Origin: a virus | Lineage: Duplodnaviria; Caudoviricetes | Virus record (IMG/VR): IMGVR_UViG_3300021134_000024 | Location: 1 to 27,005 of that record | DNA: 27,005 bases | Direction: 5' to 3' (one strand) | Shown here: positions 17,484 through 23,892 of the stretch, in pieces | Layout of the letters: each line of letters starts with the position of its first letter | Position numbering within the stretch: the stretch's first letter is position 1 | Notes under the pieces: model-generated | Told to the model about the DNA's origin: nothing | Databases searched by the model: none | The model's input: the letters and a program-made list of their open reading frames with translations, nothing else | Translations under genes and position numbers: made by a program

Positions 17484-17654
17484 TTATCTCCCGCGGCCAG
17501 AGACACGCTTAGGTAAGGATTTTAATTTAACGCCCTTATCGGCTTTGTTAAACTCTTTAGCTACTTTAGTTGGCACACCAACCTTTTTTGCAAACTTAGA
17601 ATTGTGTGCCGCAGCAGCCATCAAGTGTTCTTGCGATTGTGATTTGCTTGGCAT
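17484..17654 (-). CDS. Small basic protein (56 aa, MPSKSQSQEHLMAAAAHN...), absent from the ORF track
   Basis: Translated by hand, ATG 17654 to TAA 17484. Fills the gap between neighbours with 1-2 nt spacing. Lys-rich. Confidence 0.8.
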   Translation of the reverse strand: MPSKSQSQEHLMAAAAHNSKFAKKVGVPTKVAKEFNKADKGVKLKSLPKRVSGRGR

Positions 17655-17655
17655 A

Positions 17656-18264
17656 TTAGCAAACTTTCTTGCCAGATTTCTTTTTCATTAAGCTAGATAA
17701 ACCAGATCCCATTTTTGCATCAGTACCACCAAATGGGTTAACAGATTTACCCTCGGCATATTTATTTGGCATTTCTTTAGCGCCAGATGGGGCATCAGCA
17801 GATTTACCAGATTCTTTGCTTTTAATATATGGGTCTTTGTGACCAGCTGGTTTGCTCTTTTCTTTTTCTACATCAGAGCCACGCAACGCTGGCTTTTCGC
17901 TTGCTTTGGAAGGAGCGTCTGCTTTAGCTGGTTTGATGTCTTTGGCTTTTTCAATGCTATCTAAATCGCCAGATTTTTTCTTAGCGCCATAAACACCAAT
18001 TGCACCACCTTCTTTATACTTACGAACGGTTCCGCAATCTTTCTTAGAACGACCACCTTTTTTGAGCTTGATCTCAGTTGGCTCTTTGTCGTGCTCAGCT
18101 TCATCATGTTGCTTAAATGCTTTTTTGATGAGCTTCTTATCTTGCTCCATGTCGCTCTTTTCAGCTTTACCGCCTTTTTTGTAAGAGCCACCGCCACACA
18201 TTGCTTTAACTTGCTTGCCTTCTTTGAAGCATTGCATTTTGGGTAATGATTTAAATCCGTCCAT
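17656..18264 (-). CDS. Lys-rich low-complexity protein with repeated [FYML]-K-x-GG motifs (202 aa)
   Basis: GAGGA RBS upstream. Motifs FKEGK, MCGGG, YKKGG, LKKGG, YKEGG, YAEGK. Confidence 0.75.
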   Translation of the reverse strand: MDGFKSLPKMQCFKEGKQVKAMCGGGSYKKGGKAEKSDMEQDKKLIKKAFKQHDEAEHDKEPTEIKLKKGGRSKKDCGTVRKYKEGGAIGVYGAKKKSGDLDSIEKAKDIKPAKADAPSKASEKPALRGSDVEKEKSKPAGHKDPYIKSKESGKSADAPSGAKEMPNKYAEGKSVNPFGGTDAKMGSGLSSLMKKKSGKKVC

Positions 18265-18322
18265 GATATATCCTCGAGGTTAATTGAATTGGGGAGTGAT
18301 CAGCTCCTAATACTACTTATGC

Positions 18323-18346
18323 AAAAATAGGGCAAAAAATGCCCTA
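18323..18346 (-). terminator. Probable intrinsic terminator after the lysozyme
   Basis: TAGGGCA-TTTTT-TGCCCTA stem-loop starting at the TAG stop, followed by TTTTT. Confidence 0.6.
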
Positions 18347-18865
18347 AATTGCAGTTAAAAACAGTTCTCTTTCTTTTTGCCGGCGAGTCTTTAAAACGGG
18401 AGGATTACTCCAATTTAAAAAGGCATTACCAGCTGCCATATAGTCTAGATTGTTAATATGGTGTACTACTTCGGAACGTTTAAAATTATCTGCCCCAATA
18501 TTGAAGCATAGGCTGTACAGGGCATCGTATTGGTGCTGGTTAAGGGGTGCCCTTATCGATTCATTAACGGCTTCGTCACACCACTTTAAATCGCTTTTAA
18601 ACAGGTCTTCTACTTGCTGATCTGTTAGGGTGGCGTGCAATAGGTATTGCTCATCGGATTTAATGAGGTGGCCTACTCCGATAGTCCAAAGCCCTTTTGA
18701 GTCTTGATATGCCTGATTGCGCTTACCCTCAAAATGGGTAATAAAGTCAAATGTTGATTTTGTAATAGCCACGATTTGTTGTTCCACATTTTGCATTATT
18801 GGGGTGTTTTGCAGTACCCAAATTAACGTGCACAACCAAATAGCTAAAAATAGCCTTTTATTCAT
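18344..18865 (-). CDS. Endolysin, GH24 lysozyme with an N-terminal hydrophobic (signal/SAR-like) segment
   Basis: E-X8-D-X5-T catalytic triad (FEGKRNQAYQDSKGLWT), TIGVGH, QYDALYSLCFNIG, RRQKERELF. AAGGAG RBS. Confidence 0.93.
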   Translation of the reverse strand: MNKRLFLAIWLCTLIWVLQNTPIMQNVEQQIVAITKSTFDFITHFEGKRNQAYQDSKGLWTIGVGHLIKSDEQYLLHATLTDQQVEDLFKSDLKWCDEAVNESIRAPLNQHQYDALYSLCFNIGADNFKRSEVVHHINNLDYMAAGNAFLNWSNPPVLKTRRQKERELFLTAI

Positions 18866-18886
18866 ACAGCTCCTTTTTTAAGGGGA

Positions 18887-19384
18887 TTACTTGGCGTTTT
18901 CGAACGCTTGAAGTTCTCTAAGCTGCTGAGCTACTTTGAGGTATTTGGAGTTGTTTTCAGCTGCGACGCTGAGGATGGTAGCAAGGTCAAGGGAGGTGGG
19001 GGCTCCATCAAGGCTGCTGGGGGCTGAGGCTTGACCAGTTGCACTTGCGTTGTACAACCTAACATAAGCATTAGGAATAGCACAAGTACCGTTGTTATTA
19101 AAACGTACCGTACTAGAAATTTGTTGCTGAAGACTGGCATTGACATCACCCAGTTGTTCAATTTGCTTAACGTAATCTGCAACCAGACGGTCGCCTTGTT
19201 GTTGTATATCATTAACTTTTTGCTCCGCTTCTAAATTGGACTTTTCTATTTTAGCAATATAGTAGTCCGATGTCCAGCTATATGCTCCATATCCAGCAAT
19301 TATGCTAGATGCGCCAGCCACAATGAGGTAGATGTAAATACCACCAGCTAGGCTGGTGAGGTTAGTTAGGAGGGTTTTCCACAT
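18887..19384 (-). CDS. Rz: Inner-membrane spanin (Rz-like)
   Basis: N-terminal transmembrane segment, coiled coil, CAIPNAYVRLYN motif; contains a nested lipoprotein gene. Confidence 0.8.
   Translation of the reverse strand: MWKTLLTNLTSLAGGIYIYLIVAGASSIIAGYGAYSWTSDYYIAKIEKSNLEAEQKVNDIQQQGDRLVADYVKQIEQLGDVNASLQQQISSTVRFNNNGTCAIPNAYVRLYNASATGQASAPSSLDGAPTSLDLATILSVAAENNSKYLKVAQQLRELQAFENAK
18931..19140 (-). CDS. Rz1: Outer-membrane spanin lipoprotein (Rz1-like, 69 aa), fully nested in Rz
   Basis: Alternative frame: basic N-region, hydrophobic stretch, lipobox MLG|C, Pro-rich mature part KPQPPAALMEPPPPL. GGTGA precedes ATG 19140. Confidence 0.85.
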   Translation of the reverse strand: MPVFSNKFLVRYVLITTVLVLFLMLMLGCTTQVQLVKPQPPAALMEPPPPLTLLPSSASQLKTTPNTSK

Positions 19385-19613
19385 GAGGTTCTGCGTCCCG
19401 TTTAAGCATTACAGCCGCACCATGAGCGCCAGCGATGATGCCAACAGCCTCAGCAAAGTCTTTTAGTGCTGGCATGTTGTTTTCAATCATTTCATAGCCC
19501 GCACCAAACATGACTGCCAAAAGTGAGAGCATCCAAGACCAACGGCCAATGTCGTGGGTCTTGTTGTCTTCACCGGTAAGCAGATCATTAAAGATCTTGC
19601 TGACTCGTTTCAT
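19362..19613 (-). CDS. Putative holin (83 aa, two hydrophobic segments)
   Basis: Start moved to ATG 19613 (ATGA overlap with the upstream stop). Two TM-like segments; lies directly before the spanins. Confidence 0.65.
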   Translation of the reverse strand: MKRVSKIFNDLLTGEDNKTHDIGRWSWMLSLLAVMFGAGYEMIENNMPALKDFAEAVGIIAGAHGAAVMLKRDAEPHVENPPN

Positions 19614-19858
19614 TTGTTCAAAAAGCCTTGGAACAGATTGGCCAGAATGGCACCTAAAAGAGCCGCAGCACCGCCGATGCCGAGTAGCAGTCTCCAACCA
19701 CCATGAGCCTCAGCTAAGGTTTTCTGGATGGCTTGGATGCACTCCTTGATCTCTTTCATCTCCTGAATCATCTTGTCCATGTCGGCTTGTAGGTGCTCAA
19801 TGTCATTGGCATGGGTAGCAAGCTCCCTTGCGGTTTTGATTGGGTCCATCTCGTTCAT
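19610..19858 (-). CDS. Coiled-coil protein with C-terminal TM helix (lysis-associated, 82 aa)
   Basis: Heptad-like N-terminus followed by GGWRLLLGIGGAAALLGAILA; coupled to the putative holin. Confidence 0.65.
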   Translation of the reverse strand: MNEMDPIKTARELATHANDIEHLQADMDKMIQEMKEIKECIQAIQKTLAEAHGGWRLLLGIGGAAALLGAILANLFQGFLNK

Positions 19859-19863
19859 TGTTT

Positions 19864-20073
19864 TTATTTACCTTGCAGTTTACGAGCCTGTTCTCTAGCA
19901 AAACGAATAACTGGAGGCACATTGGCATCATCTTCAACAGCGGGGGCTGGAGTTGGGGTTGGCTGGACTACTACGGGTGCTGGCTCGGGTGTTGGAGCAG
20001 GAGCCGCCTCAGTGGCTTTGAGCACATCTAACTCGGCTTGGATGGATGCAAGGAGATTTTCAGTAAGGGACAT
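19864..20073 (-). CDS. Hypothetical Pro/Ala-rich protein (69 aa)
   Basis: AGGA RBS; fills the gap in the operon. Confidence 0.65.
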   Translation of the reverse strand: MSLTENLLASIQAELDVLKATEAAPAPTPEPAPVVVQPTPTPAPAVEDDANVPPVIRFAREQARKLQGK

Positions 20074-20085
20074 AGTGGTTTCCTA

Positions 20086-20424
20086 TTAAGCTGCTGTTTG
20101 TGTTGCCCAAGGAAGCGGTGTGTTTTGTGGGCTAACTGGTGGGTTTACGATTGAGGCAATTTGACCATCAATATTTGCATAGTAATTTGCTTGATTATCA
20201 GTAGCTTCGTTAATCCAACCTAATACGATTTGCTCGGTGAGGTTAGCATAAGGAATAAATCCTGACTCTTTAGCTTCTTGTGCGAACTGAATGTTGCCGT
20301 CAATAGAGGCAGTGTGAGTGCCGTCTGTGCCAGATACAGTAAATAACACATTAACCACATAATCAGGGTTAGGTGTGTTTACTGTGAACATCGAGTTAAT
20401 AGTTGTTGTGTATGTTGTTGCCAT
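20086..20424 (-). CDS. Small tail-fibre-associated protein (112 aa)
   Basis: Directly after the fibre gene, with AGGAG RBS. FIPYANLTEQIVLGW and C-terminal PLPW are typical of fibre-adjacent phage proteins. Confidence 0.7.
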   Translation of the reverse strand: MATTYTTTINSMFTVNTPNPDYVVNVLFTVSGTDGTHTASIDGNIQFAQEAKESGFIPYANLTEQIVLGWINEATDNQANYYANIDGQIASIVNPPVSPQNTPLPWATQTAA

Positions 20425-20426
20425 TT

Positions 20427-22469
20427 TTATGCTCCTAATTTAGCTTTGAGTGCCGCAATTTCGGCTGCTTGGGTTGTTACTAAGGTGTTGAGTTCTTGAA
20501 CGGCTTTAACAAGGAATGGAATTACACCGCTATTATCCATTTGCTGATATTTAGGTGTGCCATCTTCGTTTACAGCATCTTTTTCACCAGTTACGCAATT
20601 AGGTAATACTTCTTGAATTTCATGTGCCAAAAAGCCATCATCTTTACGACCATCTATCCATGTAAAGCTAACTGGATTAAGTGCTTCAATAGTAGCTAAA
20701 GCATTTTGAATTGGTGCTACATCAGTTTTTAAACGATAATCTGAAGTAGTATTAAATGCTACAGCAGTAGTGCCGTTTTGAGTAATAGAACCAATTGGTG
20801 AATTATTGTAGTCAAAATAAGCATAAGCTGTGCCACTAGAAGTTCCACTTCCATGACCTGTTACCGAAAATGAACCGCCTCCGTTATATTGTGTACCAAA
20901 ACCACCATTACCCCAAGTTCCAGCAACTACGACACCAGATGTTAAGAAATTTCCAGAACTATCCCACACCGCCCTAGGATTACCATCACCATCAGATAAC
21001 ACAATGTAGTTACTTGCTGTACGGATGTCTAGACCGCCTTGATTGCCAGAATAGCCACCAAGAATAGTATTTTTGTAACCTGAGGTCATGACATAACCAG
21101 CACCATTACCAGTTGCGGCATTACCACCAACAAAAGTATTTCCGTATCCTGTAGAAGAATAACCAGCGTACGAACCTACCATTACATTGTAGTTTCCGTT
21201 TGAAGCGTTATTAGAATAACCAGCTTGGTTTCCTAAATATACATTACCATTACCGACTGTTCCACTATATCCAGCTTGATAACCTACTGCTGTGTTATTA
21301 GATGCTGTTGAATTAGATGCTAATGCTCTAGAACCAATAGCGGTATTGTTTGCGCCTGTAGTATTGCTGGATAAAACACCATTCCCTAAACCAGCATTAT
21401 CATTTCCTGTTGTATTGGCGTAAAAAGCAGGATTTAATACACCATTGACATTTCCGCCAACAATAGTGTTATTGCTTGCTGTATTGTTTTTGCCTACTAA
21501 AGAACCAACAAATGTAATGCCTGTAGCGGTAGTAGATGAATAACCAGCTTGATAACCAAAAGCTGTAACATCTCCAGTAGTATTACTATAACCAGCTTGA
21601 TAACCTACTGCTGTGTTGTTAGATGCGGTAGTGTTTGAATAAAGAGCATAAGCACCCAAACCAGTATTAGTTAGTCCTGTTGTTGTGCTATATCCTGCAT
21701 TAAAACCTAAAAATGTATGAAATCCATTGCTTGTTGAATTAAATGTAAATCCAGCACCACTTCCAATAAATGAATTTCCACCGCTAGTTGCTGTTAAATT
21801 ATAGCCAGCTTGATAACCAACATACAAGTTATTTGCAGCAGTTGTAGTGGAGTACCCAGCTTGATAACCTACTGCTGTGTTATTAGATGCGGTGGTGTTT
21901 TGTGATAAAGCGTTTGAACCAATTCCTACGTTAGAACTTCCAGTAGTGTTATTTTGAAGGGCATAGTTTCCTATTGCCACTAAATCTGTGCCTGTTGTAT
22001 TTCTAAAAGCAACACCAAAACCTAATCCTGTGTTATTACCACCAGAAGTTGTTCCTTGTAAAGCATAATAACCAAATGCTGTGTTTTGAACTGCGGTTGT
22101 ATTTGAGGCTAATGCACTACCCCCAACAGCCGTATTATTAGCGTTACTACCACCACCCTTACCAACAGTAAGACCTGATATAGAAGCGTCATTAGCTAAA
22201 GTTAAGCTAGTGCCGTTAAAGGTCATATTGGCAGAACCAGCCAATGACCCGCTTGAGTTGTACTGAACTTGGGTGTTTGAGCCACCAGCCACGCCAGCAC
22301 CGCCTTTACCAGCGATGATCTGCACAACACCGGCGTTGTCTTTATAGTACAACTTGCCGTCGGTGATGTTGATTGCCAACTCACCATTGACGAGGTTAGC
22401 GGCCAACGGCGCTGTAGCCGCTGTGGTGCTGTAGTATAACGAAATTGGTGTGTAGCCTGTAGCTGCCAT
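20427..22469 (-). CDS. Tail fibre/spike with NTAVG-type beta repeats and C-terminal intramolecular chaperone (peptidase S74-like)
   Basis: N-terminal GELAINITDGKLYYKD anchor, ~14-aa NTAxGxxA repeats, autocleavage motif TSDYRLK, GFLAHE and a terminal coiled coil. Confidence 0.9.
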   Translation of the reverse strand: MAATGYTPISLYYSTTAATAPLAANLVNGELAINITDGKLYYKDNAGVVQIIAGKGGAGVAGGSNTQVQYNSSGSLAGSANMTFNGTSLTLANDASISGLTVGKGGGSNANNTAVGGSALASNTTAVQNTAFGYYALQGTTSGGNNTGLGFGVAFRNTTGTDLVAIGNYALQNNTTGSSNVGIGSNALSQNTTASNNTAVGYQAGYSTTTAANNLYVGYQAGYNLTATSGGNSFIGSGAGFTFNSTSNGFHTFLGFNAGYSTTTGLTNTGLGAYALYSNTTASNNTAVGYQAGYSNTTGDVTAFGYQAGYSSTTATGITFVGSLVGKNNTASNNTIVGGNVNGVLNPAFYANTTGNDNAGLGNGVLSSNTTGANNTAIGSRALASNSTASNNTAVGYQAGYSGTVGNGNVYLGNQAGYSNNASNGNYNVMVGSYAGYSSTGYGNTFVGGNAATGNGAGYVMTSGYKNTILGGYSGNQGGLDIRTASNYIVLSDGDGNPRAVWDSSGNFLTSGVVVAGTWGNGGFGTQYNGGGSFSVTGHGSGTSSGTAYAYFDYNNSPIGSITQNGTTAVAFNTTSDYRLKTDVAPIQNALATIEALNPVSFTWIDGRKDDGFLAHEIQEVLPNCVTGEKDAVNEDGTPKYQQMDNSGVIPFLVKAVQELNTLVTTQAAEIAALKAKLGA
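21271..21890. repeat. Three dispersed 35-bp direct repeats within the fibre gene
   Basis: ccagcttgataacctactgctgtgttattagatgc at 21271-21305 and 21856-21890 (identical) and 21592-21626 (one mismatch). Confidence 0.9.
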
Positions 22470-22471
22470 TT

Positions 22472-22915
22472 TTATTCCTTATTAAGGTATGCTAATACTT
22501 CTATTGGTTTTACAAACCGGTCATTTTTGTGTTCGGTGGATTCCCACCATAAAAATTGATTTTCTGTTAAATATGACCGGTCTTTTAACAGATTGATGTT
22601 TTCTGGATGTCCAAATATTAGTGGATCAGATGGGCCCCATAACACAATGCCCGAAACACCTTCATCCCATGCAAGATGTTGGAAAAAACTATCTACACCA
22701 ATCCATGTTTTGCATTGCCATAACAGTTCTCGCAATGCTGCAATTGGCAAGTTGGTTCTAAAATCTGGCACAAGCTGTTTTTCACCTTCAACACCAACTT
22801 GTACAACGTGCATAGTTTTTTGCAATTCTTGTACAAGTAGTTCCCAATACGGATAGTTTTTTGGGTTTTCTTTATTTGTTCGCAGTTTTTGGGCGTACGG
22901 CGCGATGATAATCAC
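22472..22915 (-). CDS. GT9/heptosyltransferase-like glycosyltransferase, C-terminal lobe only (147 aa)
   Basis: PKNYPYW, VVQVG, WIGVDSFFQHLA, GIVLWGPSDP match the GT9 nucleotide-sugar-binding lobe. GTG start overlaps the upstream TGA; AGGAAG RBS. Confidence 0.8.
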   Translation of the reverse strand: MIIIAPYAQKLRTNKENPKNYPYWELLVQELQKTMHVVQVGVEGEKQLVPDFRTNLPIAALRELLWQCKTWIGVDSFFQHLAWDEGVSGIVLWGPSDPLIFGHPENINLLKDRSYLTENQFLWWESTEHKNDRFVKPIEVLAYLNKE

Positions 22916-23877
22916 AGATACAACTTCCTATATGCGTCTTCTAAACTACCCTTCCAATTCCACTGCGCCATCTTTTTATAAATGTTCCAACAATCAATAT
23001 CACCGAACATCCTTTGTGCTTCTTGTATTGAGCTGCCTTTTACTACTTCAGGATAGCATGTAAAAACAAGGGGATTGCGAACACTAGGCAAAACGTGGCT
23101 AAAGACAATATGGTCCCCAAGACCAGAATTAAGCACCACAATAGTGTTGTCTTTGTGCTTGAGGATATTTTTAAATATTTGCTCATCATGCTCAAACATC
23201 TCCATTTTAGAACCATCACGAATACCGCCTTGTGGGTTCTTTAAATGCCATGTTACTGCGTTTGGTACTGCTAATAATTTGTAGCCTTTGTGATGCAGAC
23301 TCCAGCTGAACAGCGTTTCTTCACGATGGGCAACTCGAGAAAGTCCCAAGTTATAATCGCAAACGCCAGCTCTATAAATAAAACTGCAATACAAATGCTC
23401 AACTTCTTTAACATCTTTTATTAGCCCCCACTGAATGTTAGGCTCGTTTTCAATGTTGACAATTAGTCCAGTTGCTTTTAAATACTCTGGCATATGGGGT
23501 GGGTTTAATACTGAACCGCCAACTGCACCAACATCGTCACTAATATGTTTTGCTAGATTTTCTAATACATTACATTCGGGCACTGCATCATCATCTACAC
23601 GCCACACCCAATCGTAACCCATCGTGTTAGCTTGCTGGTGGATGTGGTGTTGGCCTTTTTTACCAGCAAACAACCACTCCCACTCAATTTTCTTTGCTGC
23701 TAATTGCCAAAATAAGTTTTGGTATAGCGATTCTTCTCGCATGTCTTTTGGTTCATCATTATCATCAAAGATAACCAGTTTGTCGACTTTGCAAGTCTGG
23801 TTGATGATTGCCTCTAAGACCATAGGCAATGTGCTAAAATATCTACCGCGCGTGGCAACGCTACATAAAATTTTCAT
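22912..23877 (-). CDS. GT2 (GT-A) glycosyltransferase fused to a GT9-like N-terminal segment (321 aa)
   Basis: VIFDD, DxD motif RVDDD, VGAVGG, HREET, terminal WH of a GT2 domain; then VVLNSGLGDHIVF, the GxGD motif that opens GT9 enzymes. Confidence 0.85.
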   Translation of the reverse strand: MKILCSVATRGRYFSTLPMVLEAIINQTCKVDKLVIFDDNDEPKDMREESLYQNLFWQLAAKKIEWEWLFAGKKGQHHIHQQANTMGYDWVWRVDDDAVPECNVLENLAKHISDDVGAVGGSVLNPPHMPEYLKATGLIVNIENEPNIQWGLIKDVKEVEHLYCSFIYRAGVCDYNLGLSRVAHREETLFSWSLHHKGYKLLAVPNAVTWHLKNPQGGIRDGSKMEMFEHDEQIFKNILKHKDNTIVVLNSGLGDHIVFSHVLPSVRNPLVFTCYPEVVKGSSIQEAQRMFGDIDCWNIYKKMAQWNWKGSLEDAYRKLYL

Positions 23878-23889
23878 GCAGCTATTATA
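23878..23889 (-). promoter_or_regulatory. Possible -10 element for a leaderless glycosyltransferase transcript
   Basis: Perfect TATAAT (23889-23884) 6 nt before ATG 23877. No Shine-Dalgarno in the 15-nt gap; the -35 position is weak (TTACTG). Confidence 0.45.
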
Positions 23890-23892
23890 CTA

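Noticed and set aside
17500-18260. KSLPK shared by the 56-aa and 202-aa basic proteins
   Set aside because: A five-residue match between Lys-rich proteins, seen only twice, could be chance.
18866-18886. Hairpin sequestering the endolysin RBS (CCTT-AAAA-AAGG)
   Set aside because: Only about 4 bp of stem, too weak to support.
20427-22469. Diversity-generating retroelement target, suggested by an Mtd-like N-terminus and internal repeats
   Set aside because: No reverse transcriptase or TR/VR pair in the window. The repeats are short and lack adenine-specific mismatches, and the C-terminus is an S74-type chaperone.
22905-22945. Programmed -1 frameshift fusing the GT2 and GT9-like ORFs
   Set aside because: No slippery heptamer is visible, the -1 frame has a TAG a few codons upstream, and an AGGAAG RBS with GTGA overlap explains coupled re-initiation.
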